NCBI RefSeq assembly: GCF_001194135.2
Contig: NC_068984.1
Span: forward strand, 138,938,154-138,970,369
DNA length: 32,216 nucleotides
Direction: 5' to 3'
Origin: Octopus bimaculoides
Taxonomy: Eukaryota
The position numbers and the translations under genes are program-made. Shown here piece after piece: positions 32,186-32,216 of this stretch; positions within the stretch are counted from its first letter, which is position 1; each line of letters begins with the position of its first letter. The notes beneath the pieces are model-generated. The model saw only the letters and a list, made by a program, of their open reading frames with translations. It was not told where the DNA came from and made no database searches.

Positions 32186-32216
<31 letters not shown>
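32125..32216. repeat. (TG)n/(GA)n simple repeats
   Basis: Read directly. Confidence 0.93.

Noticed and set aside
1-32216. CRISPR arrays, prokaryotic operons, rRNA genes
   Set aside because: No repeat-spacer arrays, gene-dense regions or rRNA-like sequence were seen; the DNA is eukaryotic and repeat-rich.

Overview
AT-rich, repeat-saturated animal genomic DNA from a short-read draft scaffold, with 11 N-gaps (about 3 kb) that mostly sit at microsatellites. The SINE families and microsatellite load suggest an octopus/coleoid cephalopod; this is inference from recalled repeat families, not a database hit. No host protein-coding gene can be called with confidence. Nearly all ORFs in the supplied track are microsatellite, N-run or SINE artefacts. 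The window contains: many tRNA-derived SINE copies of at least four families, one a fixed dimer; decayed DNA transposons (two opposed mariner 3' fragments forming a TIR-bounded unit, a maT-like element, a 165-bp mariner deletion derivative); decayed non-LTR retrotransposons (an R4/Dong-like REL-endonuclease 3' end, CR1/L2-like and L1/Tx1-like RT fragments); and two Penelope-like GIY-YIG remnants. The most notable signal is a minimal type-I hammerhead ribozyme with an intact catalytic core at 1021-1066 (minus strand). A second, core-mutated hammerhead of identical architecture but unrelated stems lies at 26178-26218, next to a fold-back rearrangement. Neither lies in an ORF-bearing element, which suggests non-autonomous ribozyme-carrying retroelements mobilised by Penelope-like partners.
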